Positions 8,560-17,735 of a stretch of 64,000 bases of DNA are shown here, piece after piece (positions within the stretch are counted from its first letter, which is position 1; each line of letters starts with the position of its first letter). The position numbers and the translations under genes are program-made. Location: IMG/VR virus record IMGVR_UViG_3300005529_000005, positions 4,499 to 68,498 of that record. One strand, 5' to 3'. The notes below the pieces were generated by a model that saw nothing but the letters and a program-made list of their open reading frames with translations, was not told where the DNA came from and searched no databases. Origin of the DNA: a virus.

Positions 8560-10853
8560 AGCGTCTCCTCGCGGCGGCGCTCGCCGCGCTCCTCCTCGCC
8601 GGCGCCGCCCTCGCTCAGCCGTCCGGCGGAGGGCCGGGCCCAGGCCCGGTCCCGTCGCCGTGGCAGGTGAACGGCGCGAAGGTCTACCTCCCGAGCCAGC
8701 AGTGCGTGGTGATGCCGCAGTCCGTCACGGGCGGCTGCGAGGGCAACAACACGATCAACGCGGCCGGCATCTACGTGAACGGCTCGCCGGTCCTGACCGT
8801 CGCGACCGGCGCGTCGATCACGATCAACACGTCGACCATCGTCGGCGGCGTGTCGGGTCGCGTGCTGTACGACAACTCCGCGACGGTCGGCGAGTATACC
8901 CAGGCGCAGCTCACCGCGCAGATCAACCTGGCGACGGCCTCGCTCTCCGGCGCGCTCCCCGCCTGGCCGAACAACACGACGACCTTCTTCCGGGGCGACG
9001 GCAGCTACCAGACCTTGAACTGCGCCGCGCTCACGAACGCGAGCGCCTTCTGCTCGGGCACGAGCGCGGCGAGCCTGACCGGGACGCTGAACGCGGCGCA
9101 GATGCCGGCGCTCACCGGCGACGTGACGAGCTCGGTCGGGACGGTCGCGACGACGATCTCCGCGAACGCCGTCACCTACGCGAAGTTCCAGCAGGTCGCG
9201 GCCTCCTCCCTCGTCGGCAACCCGACGGTGAGCCTCGCCAACGCCCAGGGGATCACGCTCGGCGCCACGCTCTCGTTCTCGAGCTCGACGCTCCAGACGG
9301 GCGCGATCTCCGGAGACGTGACCTCCTCCGCGAACTCCTTCGCGACGACGGTGGCGAAGATCAACGGCGTCACGCTCGGGTCGACGACGGCGACGGCGGG
9401 CAACGTGCTGATCGGCTCCGGGACGCAGTGGGTGACGCAGCCCTTCTCCGGCGCGGTCTCGCTGACCTCCGGGGGCGTGACGGCGCTCACGTCCTCCGCC
9501 TTCGCCAACCCGGCGAGCCCTGGCGTCAACCTGACGGGGACGAACGGCGTCGCGACGACCGCGCTCCGCTCGGACGTGGTCCTCGTCCTCGACCAGTCCA
9601 TCGCCCCGAACTGGACCGGACAACACCAGTGGACCGTGGCGCGAACCGTGGCGTCGGCGTCGGGCGCGAACCTCGACGACGTCGTCGTCCAGGCGGCTAC
9701 CTCCACGCTGACCGGCACGACGACCGTGACCAAGTTCAACAAGGTCACGGTCTACCGGCCGATCTTCACCGACGCCTCCGCCGGGACGGTGACGGACGCG
9801 GCGAGCCTCTACGTCGACAACTCCCCGAGCTGCACCGGCTCCCTGACCTGCACGAACCAGTGGGCGATCCGCGTCGGCGCCGGGAACGTCTCCTTCCCCG
9901 GCTCGGCGAACGTCCTCGGCACGATCACGTCCGGGACGTGGAACGGCTCCGTCGTCGACATGGCGCACGGCGGCTCGGGCGCGAACCTGACCGCGGTGAA
10001 CGGCGGCCTGATCTACTCCAACGCCTCGACCATGGCGGTGCTGGCGGCCCCGGGGAGCGCAAGCCTGTGCCTGGTCTCCTCCTCCGCCACGGCGTTCGGC
10101 TGGGCCTCGTGCTCCGGCGGCGCGGCGGTCGCGTCGGTGTCGAACAGCGACGGCACGCTGACCATCAGCCCGACGACGGGCGCGGTGGTGGCCTCGATCG
10201 CGCTCGGCCACGCGAACACCTGGACGGCCGCGATCACCGACACGGTCGCTCCTCCGCAGATCATCCTCGGCGTGAACACGACGACCGGGGGCGCGATCAA
10301 GTTCTTCGGCGCGACGTCGGGCAACGTGACGCTCCAGCCGGCGGCCGCGGCGGGTACGAACACGACGCTGACGCTCCAGGGCGTCACCGACACCATAGCG
10401 GTGCTCGGGACGAACCAGACGTACAGCGCGACGCAGACCTTCTCCGGGACGCTGAACGTCTCCGGGACGTTCCAGTCCGGCGGCAACACGATGACGTTCC
10501 CGGGCTCCGCCGGAACCTTGGCGGCGCTCAACATCGCCGACCAGACCGTGACCGGCGGCGCGAACGTCACGACGCTCGCCCTCTCGACGGGCAACGTCAC
10601 GATCGACGCCGGCTCGCGGCCGATCCAGTCGATCACGAACGGAGGCGCCTTCACGATCACGGCGCCGGCGAACGACGGCTCCTGCATCCTGATCATCACG
10701 AACAACGCGAGCGCCGGCGCGGTGACCTTCTCCGGCTTCACGGCCGGCTCGGCGACGGGCGCGACCCTCGACACCGTGAACACGCACAAGTTCTCGGTCT
10801 TCATCTGGCGCGCGGGCGGTACGTCGGGCTATTCTATATACGCGCATCAGTAG
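8553..10853 (+). CDS. Long beta-structured tail fiber/adhesin-like protein with predicted signal peptide
   Basis: MVKRLLAAALAALLLAGAALA-Q leader; 766 aa T/S/A/G-rich with LTGDVTSS/ISGDVTSS fiber repeats. Confidence 0.7.
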   Translation: MVKRLLAAALAALLLAGAALAQPSGGGPGPGPVPSPWQVNGAKVYLPSQQCVVMPQSVTGGCEGNNTINAAGIYVNGSPVLTVATGASITINTSTIVGGVSGRVLYDNSATVGEYTQAQLTAQINLATASLSGALPAWPNNTTTFFRGDGSYQTLNCAALTNASAFCSGTSAASLTGTLNAAQMPALTGDVTSSVGTVATTISANAVTYAKFQQVAASSLVGNPTVSLANAQGITLGATLSFSSSTLQTGAISGDVTSSANSFATTVAKINGVTLGSTTATAGNVLIGSGTQWVTQPFSGAVSLTSGGVTALTSSAFANPASPGVNLTGTNGVATTALRSDVVLVLDQSIAPNWTGQHQWTVARTVASASGANLDDVVVQAATSTLTGTTTVTKFNKVTVYRPIFTDASAGTVTDAASLYVDNSPSCTGSLTCTNQWAIRVGAGNVSFPGSANVLGTITSGTWNGSVVDMAHGGSGANLTAVNGGLIYSNASTMAVLAAPGSASLCLVSSSATAFGWASCSGGAAVASVSNSDGTLTISPTTGAVVASIALGHANTWTAAITDTVAPPQIILGVNTTTGGAIKFFGATSGNVTLQPAAAAGTNTTLTLQGVTDTIAVLGTNQTYSATQTFSGTLNVSGTFQSGGNTMTFPGSAGTLAALNIADQTVTGGANVTTLALSTGNVTIDAGSRPIQSITNGGAFTITAPANDGSCILIITNNASAGAVTFSGFTAGSATGATLDTVNTHKFSVFIWRAGGTSGYSIYAHQ

Positions 10854-10883
10854 AGTGCGCTCCTCCCGACCCGGAGACCTCCC

Positions 10884-11729
10884 ATGAGAGAGAAGATCAG
10901 CGGGGCCGCGATGTGGCTCTGCAGCCTCACGCTCGCCGGCGTGCTCGCGCTGGGGATGTTCGCGCCGCGCTCGCACGCGGCTAATCCGCCGATCGACGCG
11001 GAGACCTTGCGACTGTTCGCCGGTCAGCAGCGTTGCGCGCAGATCGGCCCGCTCCCGTGCGTAGCGCCGCTCCCGCCGCCGGCCGGACCGCAGACCGTGA
11101 CGTTCAACGAGAACGTCGACACGACCTCCTGCGGCACGAGCTGTAGCTTCACCAGCGAGGCGATCAGCGCGACTTGCCCTAATCGGGTGGTTGTCGGGGC
11201 GCTCTCAGGCGTGAACACGGGTAGCACGAGCAATCAGTCCGTCTCGGGGACTATTGCCGGCGTGACGCTGACGCAGGCCGTCGCGCAGACCAACAACAAC
11301 GGTACGAACGGCTACTGGTCCGCTGTCGTCTACGCGGCCGTGCCGAGCGGAACGACGGCGACTTTCGCGCTCACCTTATCCGTCTCTACGATCCGCGTCG
11401 GGCTAGGCGTCTATACGCTCTGCAATCTCAACTCCACGACGGCGAAGAACACGGTAGGGGCGAACAACTCTGGTACTACGGTGACGCTGAATGTGAACAC
11501 CGCGGTCGGAGACGTGGCAGTCGGGTCAGGACACAATGACGCTGGAAGCACCTCGACTTGGTCCGGCGCTACGAAGGACTTCGACGACAACGTCGGAGCT
11601 ACCGGCTCCATCACGACGGGGGCGCACTTCGCCGAGACGGCAGCGCAGACCCCGCGGGCGGTGAGCACGACGTGGGGGTCATGCTCTGGCGGCAACTTCT
11701 GCTCTGGCGCGCTCGCGACGTGGCACTGA
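10884..11729 (+). CDS. Secreted beta-sandwich protein (possible tail tip/lectin-like domain)
   Basis: Hydrophobic leader ending RSHA-A; Pro linker; T/S/G-rich beta domain with Cys pairs. Confidence 0.55.
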   Translation: MREKISGAAMWLCSLTLAGVLALGMFAPRSHAANPPIDAETLRLFAGQQRCAQIGPLPCVAPLPPPAGPQTVTFNENVDTTSCGTSCSFTSEAISATCPNRVVVGALSGVNTGSTSNQSVSGTIAGVTLTQAVAQTNNNGTNGYWSAVVYAAVPSGTTATFALTLSVSTIRVGLGVYTLCNLNSTTAKNTVGANNSGTTVTLNVNTAVGDVAVGSGHNDAGSTSTWSGATKDFDDNVGATGSITTGAHFAETAAQTPRAVSTTWGSCSGGNFCSGALATWH

Positions 11730-11731
11730 CC

Positions 11732-12862
11732 ATGCGCGCCCTCATCGCTCTTTGCGCGTGGCTCCTCGCCGCAGGCGTCGCGCTCGCGCAGCAGACCATC
11801 CCGGCGCTCTCCCCGGTCGGCTCCCAGAACACGAGCGTCGTCACCTATCAGGCCGGCGCCAACTGGGTGCCGTCCGCCTACGCGATCACCGGCTTCTGCT
11901 CGACGTGCTCCAACGGCTCAGGCGGAACGACCGCTACGAAGTCGTGGCAGTTTCAGGCGCTCGTCGGAACGACGTGGCAGACGCTCGACACCCAGACGAA
12001 CGTCTCGTTCACCAGCAACCAGAAGCTCACCTTCCCGCTCACGGGCGCGCCGGCGGGATCGCAGTGGCGTCTCGTCATCACGAGCAACAACGACCCGCTG
12101 ATCAACGTGGTCGAGCTCGACGTGATCGGCTCCCCCTCGGTAGCCGTCCCTCCTCCGCGACCGCCCGTGACCTTCTCCTACGGATGGACGAGCCCGGGCT
12201 CGCTTCCGACCAACGACGCGATCCAGGGGTCGTGCGGGTCGCTCGCGTGCTGGACGTTCCAGGTGGCGACCTGGGCGCAGATGCAGTCGTCGCTCCTCGC
12301 GGGAGGATCGTACGACCTGTGGGTCGGGGACTCGATCACGGCGCTGTGCGACGTGAACCAGGCCTCTCCCTTCGGCGTGAACATGGCCATCCCGGGCAAC
12401 ACGGTGAACGGCCTGATCAACGAGCTCGCTCAGATCAACAGCGGGTTCGGCGGTCAGACGGCGGGAACGTCGCTGCCCGTGGTCCACGCCCTCATCATCA
12501 ACATCGGCGTGAACGATATCGGAACGCTCGGCAGCGACGCCGCGACGATCGAGGGGAAGCTCCAGGCCCTCTTCAACTCGTGGAGCGGACCGCTGATCTG
12601 GACGGGAATCTGGCCTACGCCGTCGAACACCGGATGGAAGACCGAGATCGACCAGGTCAACGCCTGGGCCTCGTCGTTCCTGGCGACCCGCGCGCACACG
12701 CACGACGTCACCGCTCAGATGAACGCCGCGCTGTCGTCGGGCGGGTTCATGATCCCGAGCTACGAGCTGGTGGTCGGCGGCACCGCCGGCATCCACTACA
12801 ACGGCTCCGGATGCACGGCCGCCATGGCGGTGACCGCCGCGTCCCTTCAGCAGCCGTTCTGA
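11732..12862 (+). CDS. Secreted SGNH/GDSL esterase with N-terminal discoidin (F5/8C)-like domain
   Basis: Leader MRALIALCAWLLAAGVALA-Q; KSWQFQA...WQTLDTQ...WRLVITSNN..VVELDV module; SGNH blocks VGDSIT, AIPG, NIGVND, GIHYN. Confidence 0.75.
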   Translation: MRALIALCAWLLAAGVALAQQTIPALSPVGSQNTSVVTYQAGANWVPSAYAITGFCSTCSNGSGGTTATKSWQFQALVGTTWQTLDTQTNVSFTSNQKLTFPLTGAPAGSQWRLVITSNNDPLINVVELDVIGSPSVAVPPPRPPVTFSYGWTSPGSLPTNDAIQGSCGSLACWTFQVATWAQMQSSLLAGGSYDLWVGDSITALCDVNQASPFGVNMAIPGNTVNGLINELAQINSGFGGQTAGTSLPVVHALIINIGVNDIGTLGSDAATIEGKLQALFNSWSGPLIWTGIWPTPSNTGWKTEIDQVNAWASSFLATRAHTHDVTAQMNAALSSGGFMIPSYELVVGGTAGIHYNGSGCTAAMAVTAASLQQPF

Positions 12863-12906
12863 GCGCCCTCTTGTAGCGCACAGCCTCCCCGTGCGATGAT
12901 CCCCTC

Positions 12907-12934
12907 CTCCCTCCCCCTTTTGCGGGGGAGGGAG
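12907..12934. promoter_or_regulatory. Perfect 11-bp stem-loop in intergenic region
   Basis: CTCCCTCCCCC-TTTTGC-GGGGGAGGGAG upstream of 12956; function unknown. Confidence 0.4.
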
Positions 12935-12955
12935 ATCGCAACAGGGAGCCTTTCC

Positions 12956-13372
12956 ATGAAGTCCGTCCTCGTCGCGGCCGCGCTCGCGGTCGCCCTCGTC
13001 ACACCCGCCCTCGCCGTCGACTTCTCCGCGCCCGTCACGAAGGAGGACGGCGAGCCCTACATGGAGTGCCTGAAGCCGGACCCGGCGAACGCGAACAACT
13101 GCCTCGCGCCGACGGTACCGATGACGCTCGGCCACATGGTGGCGAACGCGCTGAACGTCCCGGCGCCCGGCCTGAAGAACGACGTCATCGTCGCTCGAGG
13201 CCTCCTCGCGATGAAGATCCGGGAGGCGAGGAGCGTGGACCTCACCGCGCAGGAGCGCGACCTGATCAAGGCGTGCCTGTTCGAGTCGGTCGAGCGCCTG
13301 AGCTACCGCCCGGTCGCGGTCGTCCAGGCGCTCCGCGCGATCGACCCCGCCTCGCTCGAATCGGCCAAGTGA
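12956..13372 (+). CDS. Secreted hypothetical protein
   Basis: ACAGGGAG RBS; leader MKSVLVAAALAVALVTPALA; Cys pair ECLKPDPANANNC. Confidence 0.65.
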   Translation: MKSVLVAAALAVALVTPALAVDFSAPVTKEDGEPYMECLKPDPANANNCLAPTVPMTLGHMVANALNVPAPGLKNDVIVARGLLAMKIREARSVDLTAQERDLIKACLFESVERLSYRPVAVVQALRAIDPASLESAK

Positions 13373-13384
13373 GGAGGCGCGCCC

Positions 13385-14167
13385 ATGTCGTCCCTCCGCT
13401 CCCTCGTCGACGCGCACGGCGTCATCGCCGAGGGTCAGGGCTCGCCGGGTAACCCCGACGCGGCCGTCCTCGCCGCGCAGCTCGCGCTCTCCCAGGCCGG
13501 CTACCGCGTCGAGCAGGACGGCGTCTTCGGCGCCGGGACGCTCTCCGCCGTCGAGCGGCTCCAGCGTCAGCACGCGCTGACGGTCGACGGGAAGATCGGG
13601 GACGCGACCGCCGACCTCCTCGACCAGCCGCACGGTGCGCTCGTCGCGGTCGCTCTGCCGATCACGGTCGACGTCCCGGTCGGCGCGGCGACGGTCACCT
13701 TCCCGCACGACGACACGGCGTCGCTGCTGGCCTTCTACGGCAGGCCGTGGGCGGACTCCTCCCTCCTCGTCCCGGTCACGCTGCCGTTCCGGCTGACGTA
13801 CGAGGGCAAGCCGTTCGGCGAGAAGGTGAGCTTCCACCGGAAGGCGGCGGACCGCCTGGCGGCGGCCTTCGCGGCGGTGTGGGACAAGTACGGCCACGAC
13901 CTGGCCGCGCTCGACGCGACGGGCGTCACGCGCTTCTCGGGGACCTACAACTATCGTCCGATCCGCGGCTCCTCGCGGCTCTCCTGCCACGCCTTCGGCG
14001 CCGCCATCGACCTGGACGCGGAGGTTCTCCCTCTCGGCAAGCCGAACCCGGAGCACGGCGGGATGCCGCTCGACGTCGCCGCGTGCTTCAAGGCTCAGGG
14101 GTTCTTCTGGGGCAACGACTACCTCGGCCGGAAGGACCCGATGCACTTCCAGTCCGCGCACGAGTGA
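13385..14167 (+). CDS. Endolysin 1: peptidoglycan-binding domain plus M15-family Zn peptidase
   Basis: QLAL...DGVFGAGTLSAVERLQ...LTVDGKIG PG-binding motif; SCHAFGAAIDLD and DPMHFQ M15 motifs. Confidence 0.9.
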   Translation: MSSLRSLVDAHGVIAEGQGSPGNPDAAVLAAQLALSQAGYRVEQDGVFGAGTLSAVERLQRQHALTVDGKIGDATADLLDQPHGALVAVALPITVDVPVGAATVTFPHDDTASLLAFYGRPWADSSLLVPVTLPFRLTYEGKPFGEKVSFHRKAADRLAAAFAAVWDKYGHDLAALDATGVTRFSGTYNYRPIRGSSRLSCHAFGAAIDLDAEVLPLGKPNPEHGGMPLDVAACFKAQGFFWGNDYLGRKDPMHFQSAHE

Positions 14168-14174
14168 CCTCGTC

Positions 14175-15068
14175 ATGATGCACCTTTTCCCCTCGCTCGC
14201 GCCCGACTACGCCGCCTGGATCGACCACGCCCAGGTCCGCCCCGAGGTCGAGGGCGAGCTGGACGAGGTCTGCAGGAAGGCGCTGATCCCGGGCCTCCCG
14301 AAGCTGAAGGCGGGCTGCGACGAGCTCGGCGTTCCCCTCGTGTGGGCGGCGGCGAGCTTCTACCGGGAGGCCGGCTACGACTTCCGCGACTCGCCCGCGC
14401 AGGGCGACCGGTGGGACGCGCGCTCGATCCACGTCCCGGCCGGCCTCGGGCCGTACCGGAGCTTCACCGACGCTCAGGTCGCCGCCTACAGGATCGACGG
14501 CATCGAGAAGTACGCCGGTCAGTGGACCCTCGAGCTTGCGCTCTTCCTGTGGGAGCTTTTCAACGGCTTCGGCTACCGCGACCGCTGGCGCATCCGCTCC
14601 CCCTACGACGTCGCCGGGACGACGATCCAGCAGAAGGGGAAGTACATCGCGGACGGGCAGTTCTCCTACGGCGTGATGGACCAGCAGCTCGGGTGCCTCG
14701 CGATGTACCTCGGGATGGTCGCGCTCGACGCCTCGCTGGCGCTCCCGCGTCAGGCCGGGGTCGCGACGGTCGCCGCGCCGGCGCCGCAGCCTTCGCCGTC
14801 GCCGATCCACGTCGTGCGCGATGTCGCGTGGACGCAGGCCGCGCTCGACAAGGTGATGACCGACGACGCGGCCTTCCTCGCGCTGGTCAAGCGGTCGGGG
14901 ATCGACGTGCTGCGGGTCGACGGCGACCTCGGCAAGAAGACGCGCACGGCGGTTCGCGCCTTCGAGCAGTATCGCGGGCTCGAGGTCGACGCGGGACTGC
15001 CCGGGTCTCAGGTCGTCGGCGAACTCGACAAGATCCTCGGCGACGGATGGACGCCGCCGAGCGCGTGA
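14175..15068 (+). CDS. Endolysin 2: lysozyme-family protein (COG5526-like) with C-terminal PG-binding domain
   Basis: ELFNGFGYR...SPY..AGT..QKGKYIADG...DQQLG; C-terminal VDGDLGKKTRTAVRAFE. Confidence 0.8.
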   Translation: MMHLFPSLAPDYAAWIDHAQVRPEVEGELDEVCRKALIPGLPKLKAGCDELGVPLVWAAASFYREAGYDFRDSPAQGDRWDARSIHVPAGLGPYRSFTDAQVAAYRIDGIEKYAGQWTLELALFLWELFNGFGYRDRWRIRSPYDVAGTTIQQKGKYIADGQFSYGVMDQQLGCLAMYLGMVALDASLALPRQAGVATVAAPAPQPSPSPIHVVRDVAWTQAALDKVMTDDAAFLALVKRSGIDVLRVDGDLGKKTRTAVRAFEQYRGLEVDAGLPGSQVVGELDKILGDGWTPPSA

Positions 15069-15100
15069 GCCGGAAGGCTCGAAACAGGGGAGAGGGAAGC

Positions 15101-15664
15101 ATGAGGGCTCTTCGGAAGGTCGCCATCGTCGCGGGGCTCGCGCTCGTCGCGGCGGCCAGCGTCGCGATCGCGCAGACGGCGGGGACCGGCGCGGCCGCGC
15201 CCGGACCCGCGCCGGCGGCGGTGGTCGACACCGGCACCTACGCCGGCCAGGCGCTCACCTGGGTCGTCACGACGTTCGGCGGGACGGTCGGCGCCGCGCT
15301 GACGGCGCTCCTCCTGCGCTACCTGAAGAACGCGGGCATCCAGGGCGCGGATCTCCTGCGCAGCCGCCTCCAGGAGATCATCGTCAACGGGCTGAACATG
15401 GCCGCCGCCGACGCCGCGAAGCGGCTGGAGGGGCGCGGGAAGGTCGAGATAAAGAACGAGGCGGTCGGCCAGGCGGTGCGCTACGCTCAGGTCCACGGCG
15501 CCGACATCCTGAAGCAGCTCGGCCAGGACCCGATGGCGCAGACGACCGTCGACGCGATCAAGGCGCGGATCGAGACGGTGATCGTCGACCCCGCCACGCC
15601 GACGAACCCCTCGCTCGCCGCCGCGCCCGCGCCGAAGCCTGACCAGCAGGCGTCGAAGGGTTGA
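15101..15664 (+). CDS. Holin-like membrane protein
   Basis: Follows the endolysins; hydrophobic leader plus one TM segment, then charged helices (LQEIIVNGLN...AVRYAQ) resembling LLH-type holins. Confidence 0.5.
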   Translation: MRALRKVAIVAGLALVAAASVAIAQTAGTGAAAPGPAPAAVVDTGTYAGQALTWVVTTFGGTVGAALTALLLRYLKNAGIQGADLLRSRLQEIIVNGLNMAAADAAKRLEGRGKVEIKNEAVGQAVRYAQVHGADILKQLGQDPMAQTTVDAIKARIETVIVDPATPTNPSLAAAPAPKPDQQASKG

Positions 15665-16371
15665 CCACGATGCCGCTGACGCACCGCGCCCTCGCGCTCC
15701 TGGTGGCGGCCCTCTACGGAGAGGCGGGCGCGCCGCCGGTGACGTGGCTCTACCGCGCCCCGGACGACGCGCCCGTCATGTTCGCCGTCGTCAGGATCGG
15801 TCGCTATCTGATCGTGGTGACGCGCGGCTCCCGGACCTTCATGGACTGGGTCCACGACGCGATCGCGCTGGCGCGCTCGCCGCTCGACCACCCGGAGTTC
15901 GGGCTCGTGCACGTCGGCTTCTACGACGGGATCACGGTCGCCTGGGAGATCCTGGCGCCGATGATCGGTCCGGACGACGTCGTGATCTTCCTGGGCCACT
16001 CCCTCGGCTCCCCGCACGCGGAGTTCCTGGCGGCGCACATGCTGACCCAGATGAAGCGCGTACCGTTCGTCGGGCGGTGGGCGCCGCCGAAGCCGGGCTT
16101 CCAGAAGTTCGCCGACATCCTCGCGCCGGCGCCCGGCTTCGCGTACGACAACTACGACGTGATCGGCTTCGACCCCGTCGTCGAGCTCGCCTGGACGACG
16201 CGGGACTTCCCCTACGTGCACACGAGCCCGCTGACCCAGGTGACCCGGGCGCCCTCCCAGAACATCCTCCTCGACCTCGGTCCGCAGTTCGCGTGGCACC
16301 ACTTCGAGAACTACCTCGCGGCCACGCCCGAGACCCCGGTCGTTTTTCTCGGGAGTGTTGCCGGCGGGTGA
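15661..16371 (+). CDS. Lipase class 3 (alpha/beta hydrolase)
   Basis: VVTRGS..FMDWVHD, LVHVGFYDG and the GHSLG nucleophile elbow. Confidence 0.85.
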   Translation: MTTMPLTHRALALLVAALYGEAGAPPVTWLYRAPDDAPVMFAVVRIGRYLIVVTRGSRTFMDWVHDAIALARSPLDHPEFGLVHVGFYDGITVAWEILAPMIGPDDVVIFLGHSLGSPHAEFLAAHMLTQMKRVPFVGRWAPPKPGFQKFADILAPAPGFAYDNYDVIGFDPVVELAWTTRDFPYVHTSPLTQVTRAPSQNILLDLGPQFAWHHFENYLAATPETPVVFLGSVAGG

Positions 16372-16454
16372 CGGTCCAGCGCGCTCCCCGGTGATAGCCT
16401 CCGGTTGCCCCGGCCTTGGTCGGGGGGAATCAACCCAACACGAGGAGAACGCTT

Positions 16455-17180
16455 ATGATCAGGAAGACCCTCACGGTCGCGATCGCGGCCACCCTCTTCG
16501 CCGGCGCCGCCGGCGCCGCCGACCTTCCGCTGAAGTCCCCGGGCCTCGCGAACGTGCTCGCCCCGTACACGGGCTCCGGCCTCTACGTCGGCTTCAACGC
16601 CGGCGGTGGCGGCGGGAGCGCGAGCGCGGCGAACGCGAACGTCGTCTCGCTCCAGGGCTTGGTCGGCGTGACCATCGGCTACGCATGGTCGCTCCCCAGC
16701 GCCCAGTCCTTCGTCGCGGTCGAGGCCGACTTCGACCTGATGAACCTCAACACCGGCGCGAACGCCGGCGTGACGCTCAACGGCCCGGCCGACTTCGAGC
16801 AGCGCATCATCTTCGGCTTCCCGCTCCAGACGGCCGCGCAGTTCTTGCCCTTCCTCGGCAACCTTCTCAGCAACACCACGCTGCCGCCGTTCGCCGCGCT
16901 CCCGGCCGGGGTGACCGCCGGCAACTCGCACATGTACATCTTCGGCGGGATCGACGAGAAGGACGTTTCCGTCAACTTCGGGCTGGCGTCGAACAAGGCC
17001 TGGCTGATCGCGCCCACGTTCGGCTTCGGCAACCGCGTCCAGCTCTCGAACGGCTTCGCGATGGACTCCTCGATCGAGGCGCAGTTCGACTCGAAGGGTC
17101 AGTGCGTCGGCGCTACGGTCGGCCTGATGTGCGGCAACATCGGAACGAACTACGTCGCGAAGATCAAGTTCCTGTACTGA
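16455..17180 (+). CDS. Outer-membrane beta-barrel protein, Omp25/RopB-like
   Basis: GAGGAG RBS; signal peptide then ADLPLKSP; YTGSGLYVGFNAGGG strand; C-terminal aromatic residue (KFLY). Confidence 0.8.
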   Translation: MIRKTLTVAIAATLFAGAAGAADLPLKSPGLANVLAPYTGSGLYVGFNAGGGGGSASAANANVVSLQGLVGVTIGYAWSLPSAQSFVAVEADFDLMNLNTGANAGVTLNGPADFEQRIIFGFPLQTAAQFLPFLGNLLSNTTLPPFAALPAGVTAGNSHMYIFGGIDEKDVSVNFGLASNKAWLIAPTFGFGNRVQLSNGFAMDSSIEAQFDSKGQCVGATVGLMCGNIGTNYVAKIKFLY

Positions 17181-17225
17181 TCAGCACTGACAGCGTCCCG
17201 CAGGACGTGTAATTTACCTCCCTGA

Positions 17226-17265
17226 GGCCGCCGGCGATTCGCGCGCCGGCGGCCCTTTCCTTTTC
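17226..17265 (+). terminator. Rho-independent terminator
   Basis: GGCCGCCGGCG-(7 nt)-CGCCGGCGGCC followed by CTTTCCTTTTC, downstream of the OMP gene. Confidence 0.7.
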
Positions 17266-17280
17266 TGGGGAGAGGGGAGG

Positions 17281-17523
17281 ATGGATTGGACGTGGCTCTG
17301 GGATCAGGCGAAGCAGGCGAGCCCGTTCGTCGCGGTGTTCTGCCTCGGCGCGTGGGCCGTCGACCGAAGCGTCTTGTGGCGCCGTCACGTCCAGGACATC
17401 AAGACGATCGAGAGCATGGCCCGGAGCACGACCCGTGCTATGCTCGCCCAGGCGAAGAGCACGGCTCGGCTCAGCTCGAGCGTTCAGCGGCTCCTCGACA
17501 ATGTCCGCAATGGGCAGCGATGA
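17281..17523 (+). CDS. Small membrane protein (possible holin/antiholin)
   Basis: GGGGAGG RBS; one N-terminal TM segment then a coiled coil. Confidence 0.6.
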   Translation: MDWTWLWDQAKQASPFVAVFCLGAWAVDRSVLWRRHVQDIKTIESMARSTTRAMLAQAKSTARLSSSVQRLLDNVRNGQR

Positions 17524-17735
17524 AGCGCGTCATGCAGGGAATCGGCGACCTCCTCCGCCTCGCGTTCTCCCCGCCGGCGCACCCGATCGCCGCCGAGGTT
17601 GAGCAGGCCGCGCAGCAGGCTGAGAGGCAGAGCGCCAAGCTCGACGAGTTCGCTACGATGATCGAGGGCATGAGGTCCCAGGGATCGTCCGCGCGGCCGA
17701 AGAAGAAGCAGCAGTCCAAGACGAGGCGGGGATGA
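17520..17735 (+). CDS. Hypothetical protein
   Basis: ATGA overlaps at both ends; basic C-terminus. Confidence 0.55.
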   Translation: MKRVMQGIGDLLRLAFSPPAHPIAAEVEQAAQQAERQSAKLDEFATMIEGMRSQGSSARPKKKQQSKTRRG

